This document shows, one piece after another, positions 28,644 to 38,641 of a DNA stretch of 64,000 bases. This DNA comes from Rhodoferax sp. (GTDB lineage: Bacteria; Pseudomonadota; Gammaproteobacteria; Burkholderiales; Burkholderiaceae_C), in NCBI GenBank assembly GCA_020048895.1, contig JAIFLV010000088.1:20182-84181 (forward strand), read 5' to 3'. The position numbers and the translations under genes were made by a program. Position 1 is the first letter of the stretch. Each line of letters opens with the position of its first letter. The notes under the pieces were generated by a model, which was not told where the DNA came from, ran no database searches, and saw only the letters and a program-made list of their open reading frames with translations.

Positions 28644-29492
28644 CTACGCATAGCGTTTGCTACGCAAGTTGTTCTTCATTTCGCGCAGCAGGGGTTGCAA
28701 GGTGGTGCCGCCAATGCGTAAGGCCACACCGGTTGCCAGGATGTCGATGATCATGAGGTGCAACAGGCGCGATACCATCGGGCTGTACTTGTCAAAGCCT
28801 TCCGGGTGATCCGCGCTCAGGTGGATGTTGCCTGCGCTCGCCAAGGGCGAACCGCTGGCGGTAATCACGATCGTGGTAGCGCCATTCTTGCGAGCAATAT
28901 CACAGGCATCCATCAAGTCTCGCGTGCGGCCGGAGTTGCTGATGACCACCAGGCAATCGCCAGGCCCCAGAAGTGACGCGCTCATCACCTGCATGTGGCC
29001 ATCGCTGTAGGCATTGGTGTTGATGCCCAGGCGGAAAAATTTGTGCTGGGCATCCTGTGCCACGATGCCCGAGTTGCCAGCCCCCATGAACTGGATCTGG
29101 TGCTTATTCGTGTAGGCGTTCATGAGTGCCGTAACCGCCCGGTCCATGGTGACTGCGGAGGCCTCATTGCGGTACTTGAGGAATGAGGCCACGGTGTTGT
29201 CAATCACCTTCACCATCACATCGCCGACCTTGTCGTCCGCATCGACACTGCGATGAATGAAGGGCACGCCTTCATTTACGGTACCGGCGAGTTTGCGCTT
29301 GAAGTCTGACAAACCGTCGTAGCCCACACTGCGACAGAACCGCACCACAGTGGGTTTGCTCACGTGCGACCGGTCGGCCAACTCACTCACCGGCAGGCTG
29401 GCAAATGCCCGCGGGTCCGCCAGACACAATTTGCCCACCCGCTGTTCAGCAGGTGCAAGCGAAGGCAAAGAAGCTTTGATTCTCTCTAACAT
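28644..29492 (-). CDS. hexR: RpiR-family regulator HexR
   Basis: MLERIKASLPSL, SKPTVVRFCRSVGYDG HTH, SIS domain (ISNSGRT); directly downstream of zwf. Confidence 0.93.
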   Translation of the reverse strand: MLERIKASLPSLAPAEQRVGKLCLADPRAFASLPVSELADRSHVSKPTVVRFCRSVGYDGLSDFKRKLAGTVNEGVPFIHRSVDADDKVGDVMVKVIDNTVASFLKYRNEASAVTMDRAVTALMNAYTNKHQIQFMGAGNSGIVAQDAQHKFFRLGINTNAYSDGHMQVMSASLLGPGDCLVVISNSGRTRDLMDACDIARKNGATTIVITASGSPLASAGNIHLSADHPEGFDKYSPMVSRLLHLMIIDILATGVALRIGGTTLQPLLREMKNNLRSKRYA

Positions 29493-29494
29493 TT

Positions 29495-30961
29495 TTAACT
29501 TTCCTCGCTCCAACAATACCCATCGCGGGCGATCATGGCGCTGGACGCGCTCGGGCCCCAGGTGCCAGCGGCGTAAAGACGCGGACCCTGGGCGTCTGCG
29601 GCCCAGTTGTCCAGTATGGGCTCCACCCAGCGCCAGGCTTCTTCCTGTTCGTCGCTGCGCACAAACAGGTTCAGGCGTCCGTCAATCACATCCAGCAACA
29701 GGCGTTCGTAAGCGCCCACACGTTCGGCGCCAAAACGCTTGTCAAAGTCCAGATCCAGCTGTACCGGAGCCAGCACCTGTGTCGCCGCGTTGCGGTTCTG
29801 GCGATTGCTCGGACCCTGTGCCAACAGGTGCAGTTCCAGGCCATCCTTGGGCTGCAGGTTGATCACCAGGCTGTTGGCAACGCCCATGGTGGCATTGAAG
29901 ATGGCGTGTGGCGTCGGGCGGAAGTTCACCACGATGCGGGCATCGCGCCCGGCCAGGCGCTTGCCGGTACGGATGTAAAACGGCACACCGGCCCAGCGCC
30001 AGTTGGAAATTTCGGTGCGCAGGGCGACAAAGGTCTCGGTGTTGCTCTGCGGGTTGACGCCAGCTTCTTCGCGATAACCTGGCACCTTGTCACCGTCGAT
30101 GGCTCCGGCAGCGTACTGGCCACGCACGACGTCCTGGGTCAGTGATTCCTGCGTCCATGGTTTGAGTGAACGCAGCACCTTGAGCTTTTCGTCGCGAATC
30201 GCATCGGCGTGCGAGTTGATGGGCGGCTCCATGCCGATGGCACACAGCAACTGCAACGCGTGGTTTTGTACCATGTCGCGCAGCGCGCCCGTGGTCTCGT
30301 AGAACGCACCGCGGCTCTCCACACCGAGTTCTTCAGCGATGGTGATCTGGATATTGGCGATGTGCTCGCGCCGCCATAGCGGCTCAAACAGCGCGTTGCC
30401 AAAACGTAGCGCAAACAGATTTTGTACGGCGGGCTTGCCCAGGTAGTGGTCGATGCGAAAGACCTGCTTTTCTTCAAAGAACTTGCGCACCGTACGGTTG
30501 ATCTCGCGGTTGGAGGCGAGGTCATGTCCCAGCGGTTTTTCCAGCACCACGCGGGTCTTGGGCGTGTTCAGCCCTGCCGCAGCGAGCTGTTCGCAGACGG
30601 TGGTGAACAACGCCGGAGCGGTTGCAACATACATCACCACCGTATCGGCATTGCGCGCCTGCAGGGTGGCAGCCAGCTGCGCATAGTCGTCGGGCTTGGA
30701 GAGGTCCATCCGCACGAACTCGATCAGCGCGGCAAATTGCGCAAACTCCTCGGCGCTCGGGCGTTTTGCCAAGTCGACATTTTCAAACCGTGCCTGCATG
30801 CGCGCGCGGTATTGCGTGCTGCCCAGGTCCTCGCGCCCCACGCCGATGATGCGACCTCCTTCGGGGAGTGTGCCATGGCGAAACGCCTGGAACAAGGCAG
30901 GCATGAGTTTGCGCCAGGCGAGATCGCCAGTACCGCCAAACAGGACAAGATCAAAACTCAT
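29495..30961 (-). CDS. zwf: Glucose-6-phosphate 1-dehydrogenase
   Basis: FGGTGDLAWRKLMPALF, RIDHYLGK, GALRDMVQNH, RWAGVPFYIRTGKRL. Confidence 0.97.
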   Translation of the reverse strand: MSFDLVLFGGTGDLAWRKLMPALFQAFRHGTLPEGGRIIGVGREDLGSTQYRARMQARFENVDLAKRPSAEEFAQFAALIEFVRMDLSKPDDYAQLAATLQARNADTVVMYVATAPALFTTVCEQLAAAGLNTPKTRVVLEKPLGHDLASNREINRTVRKFFEEKQVFRIDHYLGKPAVQNLFALRFGNALFEPLWRREHIANIQITIAEELGVESRGAFYETTGALRDMVQNHALQLLCAIGMEPPINSHADAIRDEKLKVLRSLKPWTQESLTQDVVRGQYAAGAIDGDKVPGYREEAGVNPQSNTETFVALRTEISNWRWAGVPFYIRTGKRLAGRDARIVVNFRPTPHAIFNATMGVANSLVINLQPKDGLELHLLAQGPSNRQNRNAATQVLAPVQLDLDFDKRFGAERVGAYERLLLDVIDGRLNLFVRSDEQEEAWRWVEPILDNWAADAQGPRLYAAGTWGPSASSAMIARDGYCWSEES

Positions 30962-30986
30962 TGTTACCTCGATTACAAGGAAAATA

Positions 30987-31001
30987 TGTAATAAAGTTAC
31001 T
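30987..31001. promoter_or_regulatory. Candidate HexR operator
   Basis: TGTAAT-AAA-GTTACT resembles tGTAATwwwATTACa; 25 nt upstream of zwf. Confidence 0.6.
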
Positions 31002-31144
31002 ATTCTAGAGCACTTCACAGCCTGCGTGCTGCGCTCGCCAGTGAAGGTAATGGATAATCCCGGGCCACTGAAGGATGAAGCGGCTCGATCATGCTCCACC
31101 TGACTGAAGGGACTCCGGTTTACCCAATTGCCCGATAAAACGCC

Positions 31145-32221
31145 ATGAATAGCCCGTCTGTTGCCCGCTTTGAGTGTCTGATTGAGCACTTTGTGCGCCT
31201 TAGTGCCATTCGCGGTCGCGACGATTTGTTGGGTGGTGTGACGCTGGCGCTGGCGCAAACGTTGCCGGTGCTGAGCGTGGACATTTTCAGCATGGTGCTT
31301 GATGGAAACCAGCGCTACTGGTTGCCGCTCACGCAGGCTCTGAAGGGTACGCCGGTGCGTTTCATTTCCGACCCGCTGCGCATGGATCTGGAGACTCTGG
31401 CCCCGATCGCCAGCGACCCCGAGCGCTTGCAGTGTCTGGACCGGGTCGAGAGGGTGTTTAGCCTGCCGGACGCTGCGCGCCAGACCTACCTTGCGCGTTT
31501 GCCGATCATGTTGACGGCCGGTGCTACGCCGTGGGGGGTTGCCGAACTGCAGTCGGAGCAGGCTTTGACGCCAGCCGATGCGCGGATGGCATCGCAAGTA
31601 TTGGCGGTCTACGCCAACCTGCTTGGCTTGCTGGATTACAGTGAGTGCGATGCGCTCACCGGCCTGTGGAACCGCAAACCGTTCGATGATCTGTTCTACA
31701 AGGTGATCCAACCAGTGGAGCCCGCCACTTTGGAGCCGGGAGAAGTCGAGCATCGTCGAGAAATCGATGCATCGAGCTTCTTTTTGGCCATGGTCGACAT
31801 TGACCACTTCAAACAGGTCAACGATACCTATGGGCACTTGATTGGCGACGAAGTTCTGCTGTTGGTGGCACGCATTCTCAAATCGTCGTTTCGCGCCTCT
31901 GACAGGGTTTACCGCTTTGGCGGGGAAGAGTTTGTGATCGTATTGCGCTGCGCGAACGACGATGCAGCAATGGTTGCTGCCGAGCGCTTTCGTACCAATA
32001 TGGCAAGTTTCCACTTTCCCCAGGCCGGCTGCATTACGGCCAGTGTCGGCCTGACCCAAATTCTGCCCGGGGACCTGCCCAGTTCCGCCTGCGAGCGGGC
32101 GGATCAGGCGGTCTACTACGCCAAGCACCATGGGCGTAACCAGGTGTGCAGCGAAGCTGATCTGGTACGCCGGGGGCTGCTCGCGACGGACCAGAAAACG
32201 GGTGACGTGGAACTATTTTGA
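31145..32221 (+). CDS. Diguanylate cyclase (GGDEF) with N-terminal sensor-like region
   Basis: DALTGLWNR, MVDIDHFKQVND, RASD I-site, RFGGEEF. Confidence 0.93.
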   Translation: MNSPSVARFECLIEHFVRLSAIRGRDDLLGGVTLALAQTLPVLSVDIFSMVLDGNQRYWLPLTQALKGTPVRFISDPLRMDLETLAPIASDPERLQCLDRVERVFSLPDAARQTYLARLPIMLTAGATPWGVAELQSEQALTPADARMASQVLAVYANLLGLLDYSECDALTGLWNRKPFDDLFYKVIQPVEPATLEPGEVEHRREIDASSFFLAMVDIDHFKQVNDTYGHLIGDEVLLLVARILKSSFRASDRVYRFGGEEFVIVLRCANDDAAMVAAERFRTNMASFHFPQAGCITASVGLTQILPGDLPSSACERADQAVYYAKHHGRNQVCSEADLVRRGLLATDQKTGDVELF

Positions 32222-32284
32222 AGCTTGCGCGCGGGTAGCGGAGTACATCAGGAACCAGGTTCTTTGGCGCGTGATAATGCAGCC

Positions 32285-33232
32285 ATGAACCAACTCGACG
32301 CACTCAAACAATTCACCACGGTGGTGGCCGACACCGGCGACTTCAGGCAACTCGGGGCCTATCTGCCCCAGGACGCCACGACCAATCCTTCGCTGATTCT
32401 CAAGGCGGTACAAAAACCCGAATACGCGCCCCTGTTGCGCGATACCGTGGCCGCCTTTCGAGGCAGGCCACTCGATGAAATCATCGACCGCCTGCTGGTG
32501 CGTTTTGGCTGCGAGATTCTGTCCATCATTCCGGGGCGCGTGTCCACTGAGGTGGACGCTCGCTTGAGCTTCGATACCAGCGCTACTGTCACCCGTGCCG
32601 AGCGCATCATCGAGTTGTACCAGGCACAGGGCATTCACATCGATCGCGTGCTGATCAAGGTGGCTGCGACGTGGGAAGGCATCGAGGCCGCCAGGCAACT
32701 GGAGCGCAAGGGCATCCATACCAACCTGACGCTGCTCTTTTCTTTCTGCCAGGCGGTCGCGTGCGGGCAGGCCAAGGTGCAACTGATCTCGCCATTCGTG
32801 GGACGCATTTACGACTGGTACAAGAAGTCCGCTGGCGCGGGTTGGGTGGAAGCGGACCGCTCTGGCGCGAACGATCCCGGCGTGCAGTCGGTCACCCAGA
32901 TCTACCACTACTACAAGAAGTTTGGTATAGCCACCGAGGTGATGGGTGCGAGCTTTCGCAACGTGGGGCAAATTACGGCGCTGGCGGGCTGCGACCTGTT
33001 GACGATCAGCCCGGATCTGCTGGCAGCGCTGTCGGCAAGTGATGTGCCTCTGACCCGTGCACTCGACGCAGAGGCTGCGAAAGACATGGATCTCCAGCAC
33101 ATCGAGCTGGATGAGGCTGCGTTCCGGTTTGCACTCAACGAGGATGCGATGGCGACCGAGAAATTGGCCGAAGGCATCCGGGCGTTTTGTGTGGATGCTG
33201 TCAAATTGGAACAGCTATTGCTTGCAGCCTGA
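32285..33232 (+). CDS. tal: Transaldolase
   Basis: [48 protein letters not shown]. Confidence 0.97.
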   Translation: MNQLDALKQFTTVVADTGDFRQLGAYLPQDATTNPSLILKAVQKPEYAPLLRDTVAAFRGRPLDEIIDRLLVRFGCEILSIIPGRVSTEVDARLSFDTSATVTRAERIIELYQAQGIHIDRVLIKVAATWEGIEAARQLERKGIHTNLTLLFSFCQAVACGQAKVQLISPFVGRIYDWYKKSAGAGWVEADRSGANDPGVQSVTQIYHYYKKFGIATEVMGASFRNVGQITALAGCDLLTISPDLLAALSASDVPLTRALDAEAAKDMDLQHIELDEAAFRFALNEDAMATEKLAEGIRAFCVDAVKLEQLLLAA

Positions 33233-33254
33233 AACATTTGATCGGGGGAACACC

Positions 33255-34823
33255 ATGACACGCACACGTTGCGACCGCACTGCTGCCTGGGGACAACTGA
33301 CGACGCATTACGAATCGGCGGGCCGGAACCTCGATTTACGCGACGCCTTCGCACAGGATCCCCAGCGGTTCGAGCGCTTTAGCCAAGCCGCGCCGTTTGT
33401 CTTTGCGGATCTGTCCAAGAACCGCATCGACGCTGCTTGTGAGTCGCTGTTGCTGGACCTGGCGCGCCAGAGCGGGCTGCAAGAGCACCGCGACGCCATG
33501 TTTGCAGGCGACAAGATCAACAGTACCGAGCAGCGCGCGGTCTGGCATGTCTTGTTGCGAAATCCGCCTGCAGCGCCCGCTGGTATTGCGCAGACAGCTA
33601 CTGGATTGATAGCGGTTGAGCAGGCCAAGGTGCATGCCACGTTGGCCGATATGCTGGACTATGCTGAACAAGTGCGGTCTGACGCGGCCATTACCGACGT
33701 GGTGAACATCGGTATTGGTGGCTCGGACCTGGGGCCACAAATGGCGACCATCGCACTGGACGCCTTTGCTACCACGGGCAAACGACTGCACTTTGTGAGC
33801 AATGTGGACGGGCATGAGTTGGCCGCCACGTTGAGCCACCTGAAAGTCGAGAGCACGCTTTTTCTGATTGCCAGCAAGACCTTCACCACCATCGAGACCA
33901 TGACCAATGCGCGCTCGGCCAAGGCCTGGTTTGAAGCGCAGGGCGGTACCGACACCGCACGACATTTTGCGGCGCTAACCACCAATGTGGCAGCGGCCAA
34001 TGCATTTGGCATTACCACCACCTTTGGGTTCTGGGACTGGGTGGGTGGGCGCTATTCGATGTGGTCGGCCATTGGCCTGCCGTTGGCGATAGCCATCGGG
34101 GCAGAGGGTTTTCGCGGCTTTCTTGCAGGTGCCCATGCGATGGATGAACACTTCCGCACCGCGCCTCTCGAGTCCAACCTGCCGGTGCGCCTGGCACTCA
34201 TCGACGTGTGGTACCGCAACTTTCATGGCTTCACCAGCCGTTCAATCGCCCCGTACCACAGCGCCTTGCGCCGTCTGCCTGCGTATCTGCAGCAGTTGGA
34301 GATGGAGAGCAATGGCAAGCGGGTGGATGCCAGTGGTGAGGCGTTGCCGTTTGGAACCTCGCCGGTTTTGTGGGGCGAGCCGGGAACCAACGGGCAGCAT
34401 GCCTATTTTCAGATGCTGCACCAGGGCACGGACATTGTGCCGGTGGAGTTTGTGGCGGTGAAGAAGGCGCGTCACTCTTTGCCATCACACCATGCGTTGC
34501 TGTTGTCGAATGTGCTGGCGCAGGCGCAGGCACTGATGCTCGGCAAATCCGATGTGGGGGGGCATAAGCATTTCCCAGGAAACCGGCCAAGTACCTTTTT
34601 GTTGCTCGACGATTTGACGCCGGAGAGTCTGGGTGCGTTGATTGCTTTGCAGGAGCACCGGGTGTTTGTGACAGGCTCGCTGTGGGGCATCAACAGTTTT
34701 GACCAGTGGGGGGTGGAGTTGGGCAAGGTGCTGGCCAAGGACATCGAGCCGCGGCTGGCTTCTGGCGATGTTGCGGGGCTGGATGGGTCTACGGCGGGGC
34801 TGTTGCGGCTGTTGCGTTCCTAG
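33255..34823 (+). CDS. pgi: Glucose-6-phosphate isomerase
   Basis: IGIGGSDLGP, ASKTFTT, FWDWVGGRYS, QQLEMESNGK, SFDQWGVELGK. Confidence 0.97.
   Translation: MTRTRCDRTAAWGQLTTHYESAGRNLDLRDAFAQDPQRFERFSQAAPFVFADLSKNRIDAACESLLLDLARQSGLQEHRDAMFAGDKINSTEQRAVWHVLLRNPPAAPAGIAQTATGLIAVEQAKVHATLADMLDYAEQVRSDAAITDVVNIGIGGSDLGPQMATIALDAFATTGKRLHFVSNVDGHELAATLSHLKVESTLFLIASKTFTTIETMTNARSAKAWFEAQGGTDTARHFAALTTNVAAANAFGITTTFGFWDWVGGRYSMWSAIGLPLAIAIGAEGFRGFLAGAHAMDEHFRTAPLESNLPVRLALIDVWYRNFHGFTSRSIAPYHSALRRLPAYLQQLEMESNGKRVDASGEALPFGTSPVLWGEPGTNGQHAYFQMLHQGTDIVPVEFVAVKKARHSLPSHHALLLSNVLAQAQALMLGKSDVGGHKHFPGNRPSTFLLLDDLTPESLGALIALQEHRVFVTGSLWGINSFDQWGVELGKVLAKDIEPRLASGDVAGLDGSTAGLLRLLRS
33557..33616 (-). 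repeat. Repeat family A copy inside the pgi coding sequence (antisense)
   Basis: Reverse complement CCGCTATCAATCCAGTAGCTGTCTGCGCAATACCAGCGGGCGCTGCAGGCGGATTT. Confidence 0.7.
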
Positions 34824-34842
34824 TTTTTGTCGTTATTTGGGG

Positions 34843-34910
34843 GCGGAGCGAAGGGATATTGCGGCGGGCTCATGGTGTCAAAGGCCCACAAATCTATCCC
34901 TTCGCTCCGC
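34843..34910. repeat. 16-bp perfect inverted repeat between pgi and the ycaQ-like gene
   Basis: GCGGAGCGAAGGGATA (34843-34858) ... TATCCCTTCGCTCCGC (34895-34910). Confidence 0.8.
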
Positions 34911-34941
34911 TTCGCGCTTGCTGGAATACCAAACCCACAAC

Positions 34942-36198
34942 ATGACTTCTCCTAACCTTTCATTGCAGCAGGCGCGTAACCTGCATCTGGCCGCGCAGGG
35001 GCTGCTGACTGCGCCTTCGAAAAAGGCTACACGTGCGGCATTGCGCGATTGCATTTCGCGCATGGCATTGCTGCAGATTGACACGATTCATGTGGTTTCG
35101 CGCAGTCCGTATCTTGTTCTGTTTTCTCGCTTGGGGTCCTATCCTCGTGTCTGGCTCGAAGAAGCGCTGGCCAAGGGGGAGATCTTTGAGACCTGGGCGC
35201 ATGAGGCCTGCTTTGCGCCTGTGGACGACTTGCTGCGGCACCGTGCATACAACATGGCTGCGCGTCGGCATTGGGGGCTATACCACGCCGAACGCACCAG
35301 CGCATCACACCGCGCACAGCTCGATGGCTTGTTGCAGCACATTGCTAGCAAAGGTCCGGTGAAGTCCTCGGACTTTGCGCGCTCCGACGGGGAGGGTGGT
35401 GGCTGGTGGGCGTGGAAGGACGAGAAGCGCTGGCTGGAGACACTGTTTGCCACGGGTGAACTGATGGTCGCGCGGCGCGAGAATTTTCACAGGGTGTATG
35501 ACCTGGCCGGGCGTGTGGCTCCCAATGCTTTGGAGCAGGAGTCAGCCGGTGTGCCGCTGGATCCCGCTGCGGTGCGGCAGCATTTCATTGAGAAATCGGT
35601 GGCGGCGCTGGGTATTGCGCAGGCACGCTGGGTGAACGACTACTTTCGGCTCAAGACGCGGCTGAAGGACCGTGACCTGGACGCGCTGGTGGAGCAGGGT
35701 ACGCTGCTGCGTGTGGCGGTCGAGGACTGGAGCAGCCCCGGCTATGTGCATCGCAGCCAAGCAGCGGCCCTCAAGAAAGCGGCGGCGGAAAAGCTGGTGC
35801 CAGAGCATGCTGCGCTACTGTCGCCGTTTGACCCGGTGGTGTGGGACCGGGAGCGGGCTTCCACATTCTTTGACTTCGATTACCGTATCGAGTGTTACAC
35901 CCCTGAGCCCAAACGCGTGTACGGATACTTCGTGTTGCCGATTCTGTGCCGGGGTGCGCTGATTGGCAGGCTCGATGCCAAGGCGCACCGTGCACAGGGT
36001 GTTTTTGAAGTTAAGGCGGTTTATGCGCAGCCTGGCATGCGGTGGAGCGAGTCGCAGGTTCAGGCGGTGGCCCTGGCGATTCAACAGTGTGCGACGTGGC
36101 ACGATACGCCGCTGGTGCGAATCAGCGCGAGCCAGCCGCGAGGTCTGCGGGCGGCGTTGGTGCGCGCTATCAACAATTACAGCGAAGGCAGTGCATGA
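34942..36198 (+). CDS. YcaQ/AlkZ-like winged-helix DNA glycosylase family protein
   Basis: LQIDTIHVVSRSPYLVLFSRLG, ETWAHEAC, LLSPFDPVVWDR, YRIECYTPEPKRVYGY. Confidence 0.92.
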   Translation: MTSPNLSLQQARNLHLAAQGLLTAPSKKATRAALRDCISRMALLQIDTIHVVSRSPYLVLFSRLGSYPRVWLEEALAKGEIFETWAHEACFAPVDDLLRHRAYNMAARRHWGLYHAERTSASHRAQLDGLLQHIASKGPVKSSDFARSDGEGGGWWAWKDEKRWLETLFATGELMVARRENFHRVYDLAGRVAPNALEQESAGVPLDPAAVRQHFIEKSVAALGIAQARWVNDYFRLKTRLKDRDLDALVEQGTLLRVAVEDWSSPGYVHRSQAAALKKAAAEKLVPEHAALLSPFDPVVWDRERASTFFDFDYRIECYTPEPKRVYGYFVLPILCRGALIGRLDAKAHRAQGVFEVKAVYAQPGMRWSESQVQAVALAIQQCATWHDTPLVRISASQPRGLRAALVRAINNYSEGSA

Positions 36199-36830
36199 AC
36201 CTGGTATTTGATTTTGGCGCGGTCCTGTTCAAGTGGAAACCAGCCGAACTTCTGGCACAGACATTTGCGCAGGAAGCCAGTACACCGCAAGCGGCAGCGG
36301 CCATGGCGCATGCCCTGTTTGGGCACGCGGATTGGCACAGCTTTGACCGGGGCACAGTCGCCATGGATGATGTCGTGCAGCGCTCGGCCGCGCGGCTGGG
36401 GCTGGACGTGGCGCGGGTGGAGGCGCTGATGCAGCACATCGGTGGTCATCTGGCGCCGATCTCCGGCACCGTGAACCTGTTGCGACAGTTGCATGCCCAG
36501 CGGCTTGCTGGTGCCGATCTGAAACTTTATTACCTCTCCAATATGCCCGCGCCTTATGCGCGCCGCCTGCAGGAATTGCACGACTTCCTGCAGTGTTTTG
36601 ATGGCGGTGTGTTTTCGGGTGATGTGCACTGGATCAAACCCGAGCCGCAGATTTACCAGCTCCTGCAAAGTCGGTACGGATTGGAGCCTGCGCGCACGGT
36701 GTTTATCGATGACCTCAAACACAACGTGCACGCAGCCGAGCAGCAGGGTTGGAGCGGCATCCACTTTCAGTCGCCGGAACAACTGGAGCTGGAACTGGTC
36801 GCCAGAAATTTATATGAAAAGCGCCTGTGA
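36195..36830 (+). CDS. HAD family phosphatase
   Basis: LVFDFGAVL, YLSN, KPEPQIY, FIDD; 4-nt overlap with the upstream gene. Confidence 0.9.
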   Translation: MNLVFDFGAVLFKWKPAELLAQTFAQEASTPQAAAAMAHALFGHADWHSFDRGTVAMDDVVQRSAARLGLDVARVEALMQHIGGHLAPISGTVNLLRQLHAQRLAGADLKLYYLSNMPAPYARRLQELHDFLQCFDGGVFSGDVHWIKPEPQIYQLLQSRYGLEPARTVFIDDLKHNVHAAEQQGWSGIHFQSPEQLELELVARNLYEKRL

Positions 36831-36872
36831 CGCTTATCAGTAAAGCGTAGCCAGCTACTACTTTGATAGCGT
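36812..36872 (-). repeat. Repeat family A copy spanning the stops of two convergent genes
   Basis: Reverse complement ACGCTATCAAAGTAGTAGCTGGCTACGCTTTACTGATAAGCGTCACAGGCGC. Confidence 0.8.
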
Positions 36873-38555
36873 CGCTGTCGACAACCGGGGTAATGGCAAT
36901 GGCTTTCCCTCGGACTGTGCCGGTGCCGGCAACCGCAAGATCTGCGACAACGTAGGGGCAATGTCAGCCACTTCCACGCGGCTCTCGACATGGCCTGCGC
37001 CCAGCCAGTGCGGGCCGTAGAACAGGATCGGGACGTGGGTGTCGTAGGCGTGGGGTGAGCCATGGGTGGTCCCCATCAGGGCGGAGCCCAGCATCCAGCC
37101 CGGCTTCAGAACTACATGGATGGAAGCGGACAGGTCCGGGTGCCATGTCCGGCGCATGGCGGCCAGAAGGGGATTGTCGGTCGCTGCTGAGGAGGCCAAT
37201 TGCTCGCGGGTAAACACCTCACTCACGCCGTGGACTTGTAGCAGGATGGCCCTGGCTTCGTCGTCAACCGCGGCGGGTGCGACACCCTTGGCTGCGATGA
37301 CCGCCGGATCGAACAGGATGCCAGCGGTGGAGTAACCCCGCGTCCATCGGGCTTCGCCAAACCTGGCGCTCAGGCCGGCGTTCACGTGGCCCAACACCTG
37401 GGAGGGGTTCAGCCGGCCTGCGTCCTGGCCCTGGGTTTTCGCCCATTCGGGGGTGGGGGAAAACCCGTGGTCGGCAGTCAGTACGGCCAGGTATTTGTCT
37501 TTGCCGATGCGCTGATCCAGATCGGAAAAAAACGCCTGCAAGTAGCGGTCCAGATGCAGCATGTGGTCGTGCGAGATGCGCGACTCTGCTCCAAAGGCAT
37601 GGTTTACATAGTCGTGCGAGGACAGACTGATCGACAGGATGTCGGTGCGGGTGGCACTCTGGCCCAGGGATTCACCCTGCAGCGCAGCGCGGGCAAAGTT
37701 CAGCGTGATCTCGTCCATAAAGGGCGAAGCGATCAGCGTGCTGTAGAAGCGTTGCCCTGGCGCGTCGCTGCCATTGCCCATGACGGCGGGCAGTCGGTCG
37801 GCATTGCCATCCTTGCGGTACCAGGGTTGGCTGTCGGGTACCGAACGCTGGTAAGCCGCCTCCGGCAGGAGTGGTGACCAGACGCGTTTGAAGTAGGCGT
37901 CGGCCGGCCGCGTGGTGTTGAAATCTTCCACCCACTGCGGGTGCGAGGGCATGTAGTAGGTGGAGGACGCAAAGGTCCCTTTTTCGGCCATGTACATGTA
38001 GGCCGTGCCCGCATGGCCTGCCGGCAGGATGGCACCGCGGTCCTTGGCGGAAATGGCAATGACCTTGGATGATGGAGACACACGTCGCAGCACATCCCCC
38101 ACGGACTCGGCCCGCAGATTCTTGGGGCTGGTGCCCGACATGGCAACCGTCTTGTGCCCGATATAGGTGTGGGCAGCGTCTTCGGTGCAGTAAATGGATT
38201 TGCCGCTGGAGGGGTCGCGCCACTCATTGCCGATGATGCCGGTACGCGAAGGGTAGGCGCCCGTCAACATCACGGCGTGGCCTGCCGCGGTCACCGTATA
38301 GCCATGCCCGTAGTGCGCGTTGTCGAACGCTGCCCCCCGCAGCAGAAACCGGTTAAAGCCATCGGGCAAAAACTGGTCCTGGTAGCCCGTGATCTGGCGC
38401 TGCGGTAGCCCGTCGACGACCAGAAAGACAACGAGCTGCGGGGGAGGTGTTTCTGACTGTGCTGGTGCTTCAGCAGCCTGCGCGGCAGTGCCGAGGAAAA
38501 AGGCCGCGAGCCATACGAGCCGGTGGCAGAGAAATCGTGTTTTAGGAAAAGTCAT
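36858..38555 (-). CDS. Alkaline phosphatase family protein (PafA-like), secreted
   Basis: Signal peptide; VVDGL, TVTAAGHA (Thr nucleophile), SAKDR, SSHDYVNHAFG, TADHG, THGSPHAYDTHVP. Confidence 0.92.
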   Translation of the reverse strand: MTFPKTRFLCHRLVWLAAFFLGTAAQAAEAPAQSETPPPQLVVFLVVDGLPQRQITGYQDQFLPDGFNRFLLRGAAFDNAHYGHGYTVTAAGHAVMLTGAYPSRTGIIGNEWRDPSSGKSIYCTEDAAHTYIGHKTVAMSGTSPKNLRAESVGDVLRRVSPSSKVIAISAKDRGAILPAGHAGTAYMYMAEKGTFASSTYYMPSHPQWVEDFNTTRPADAYFKRVWSPLLPEAAYQRSVPDSQPWYRKDGNADRLPAVMGNGSDAPGQRFYSTLIASPFMDEITLNFARAALQGESLGQSATRTDILSISLSSHDYVNHAFGAESRISHDHMLHLDRYLQAFFSDLDQRIGKDKYLAVLTADHGFSPTPEWAKTQGQDAGRLNPSQVLGHVNAGLSARFGEARWTRGYSTAGILFDPAVIAAKGVAPAAVDDEARAILLQVHGVSEVFTREQLASSAATDNPLLAAMRRTWHPDLSASIHVVLKPGWMLGSALMGTTHGSPHAYDTHVPILFYGPHWLGAGHVESRVEVADIAPTLSQILRLPAPAQSEGKPLPLPRLSTATLSK

Positions 38556-38573
38556 GTCTCATGATGTTGCCAT

Positions 38574-38612
38574 AAAAGAAAACCCCGCGAGGCTTGCGCC
38601 AGCGGGGTTTTT
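38574..38612. terminator. Terminator downstream of groEL
   Basis: AAAACCCCGC...GCGGGGTTTT with A/T runs on both sides. Confidence 0.8.
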
Positions 38613-38641
38613 GAGTGAGTGAACGCAACTGGGCGTAGCGA

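Noticed and set aside
29495-32131. 878-aa minus-strand ORF
   Set aside because: Only 29495-30961 is zwf; the rest is the antisense shadow of the GGDEF gene.
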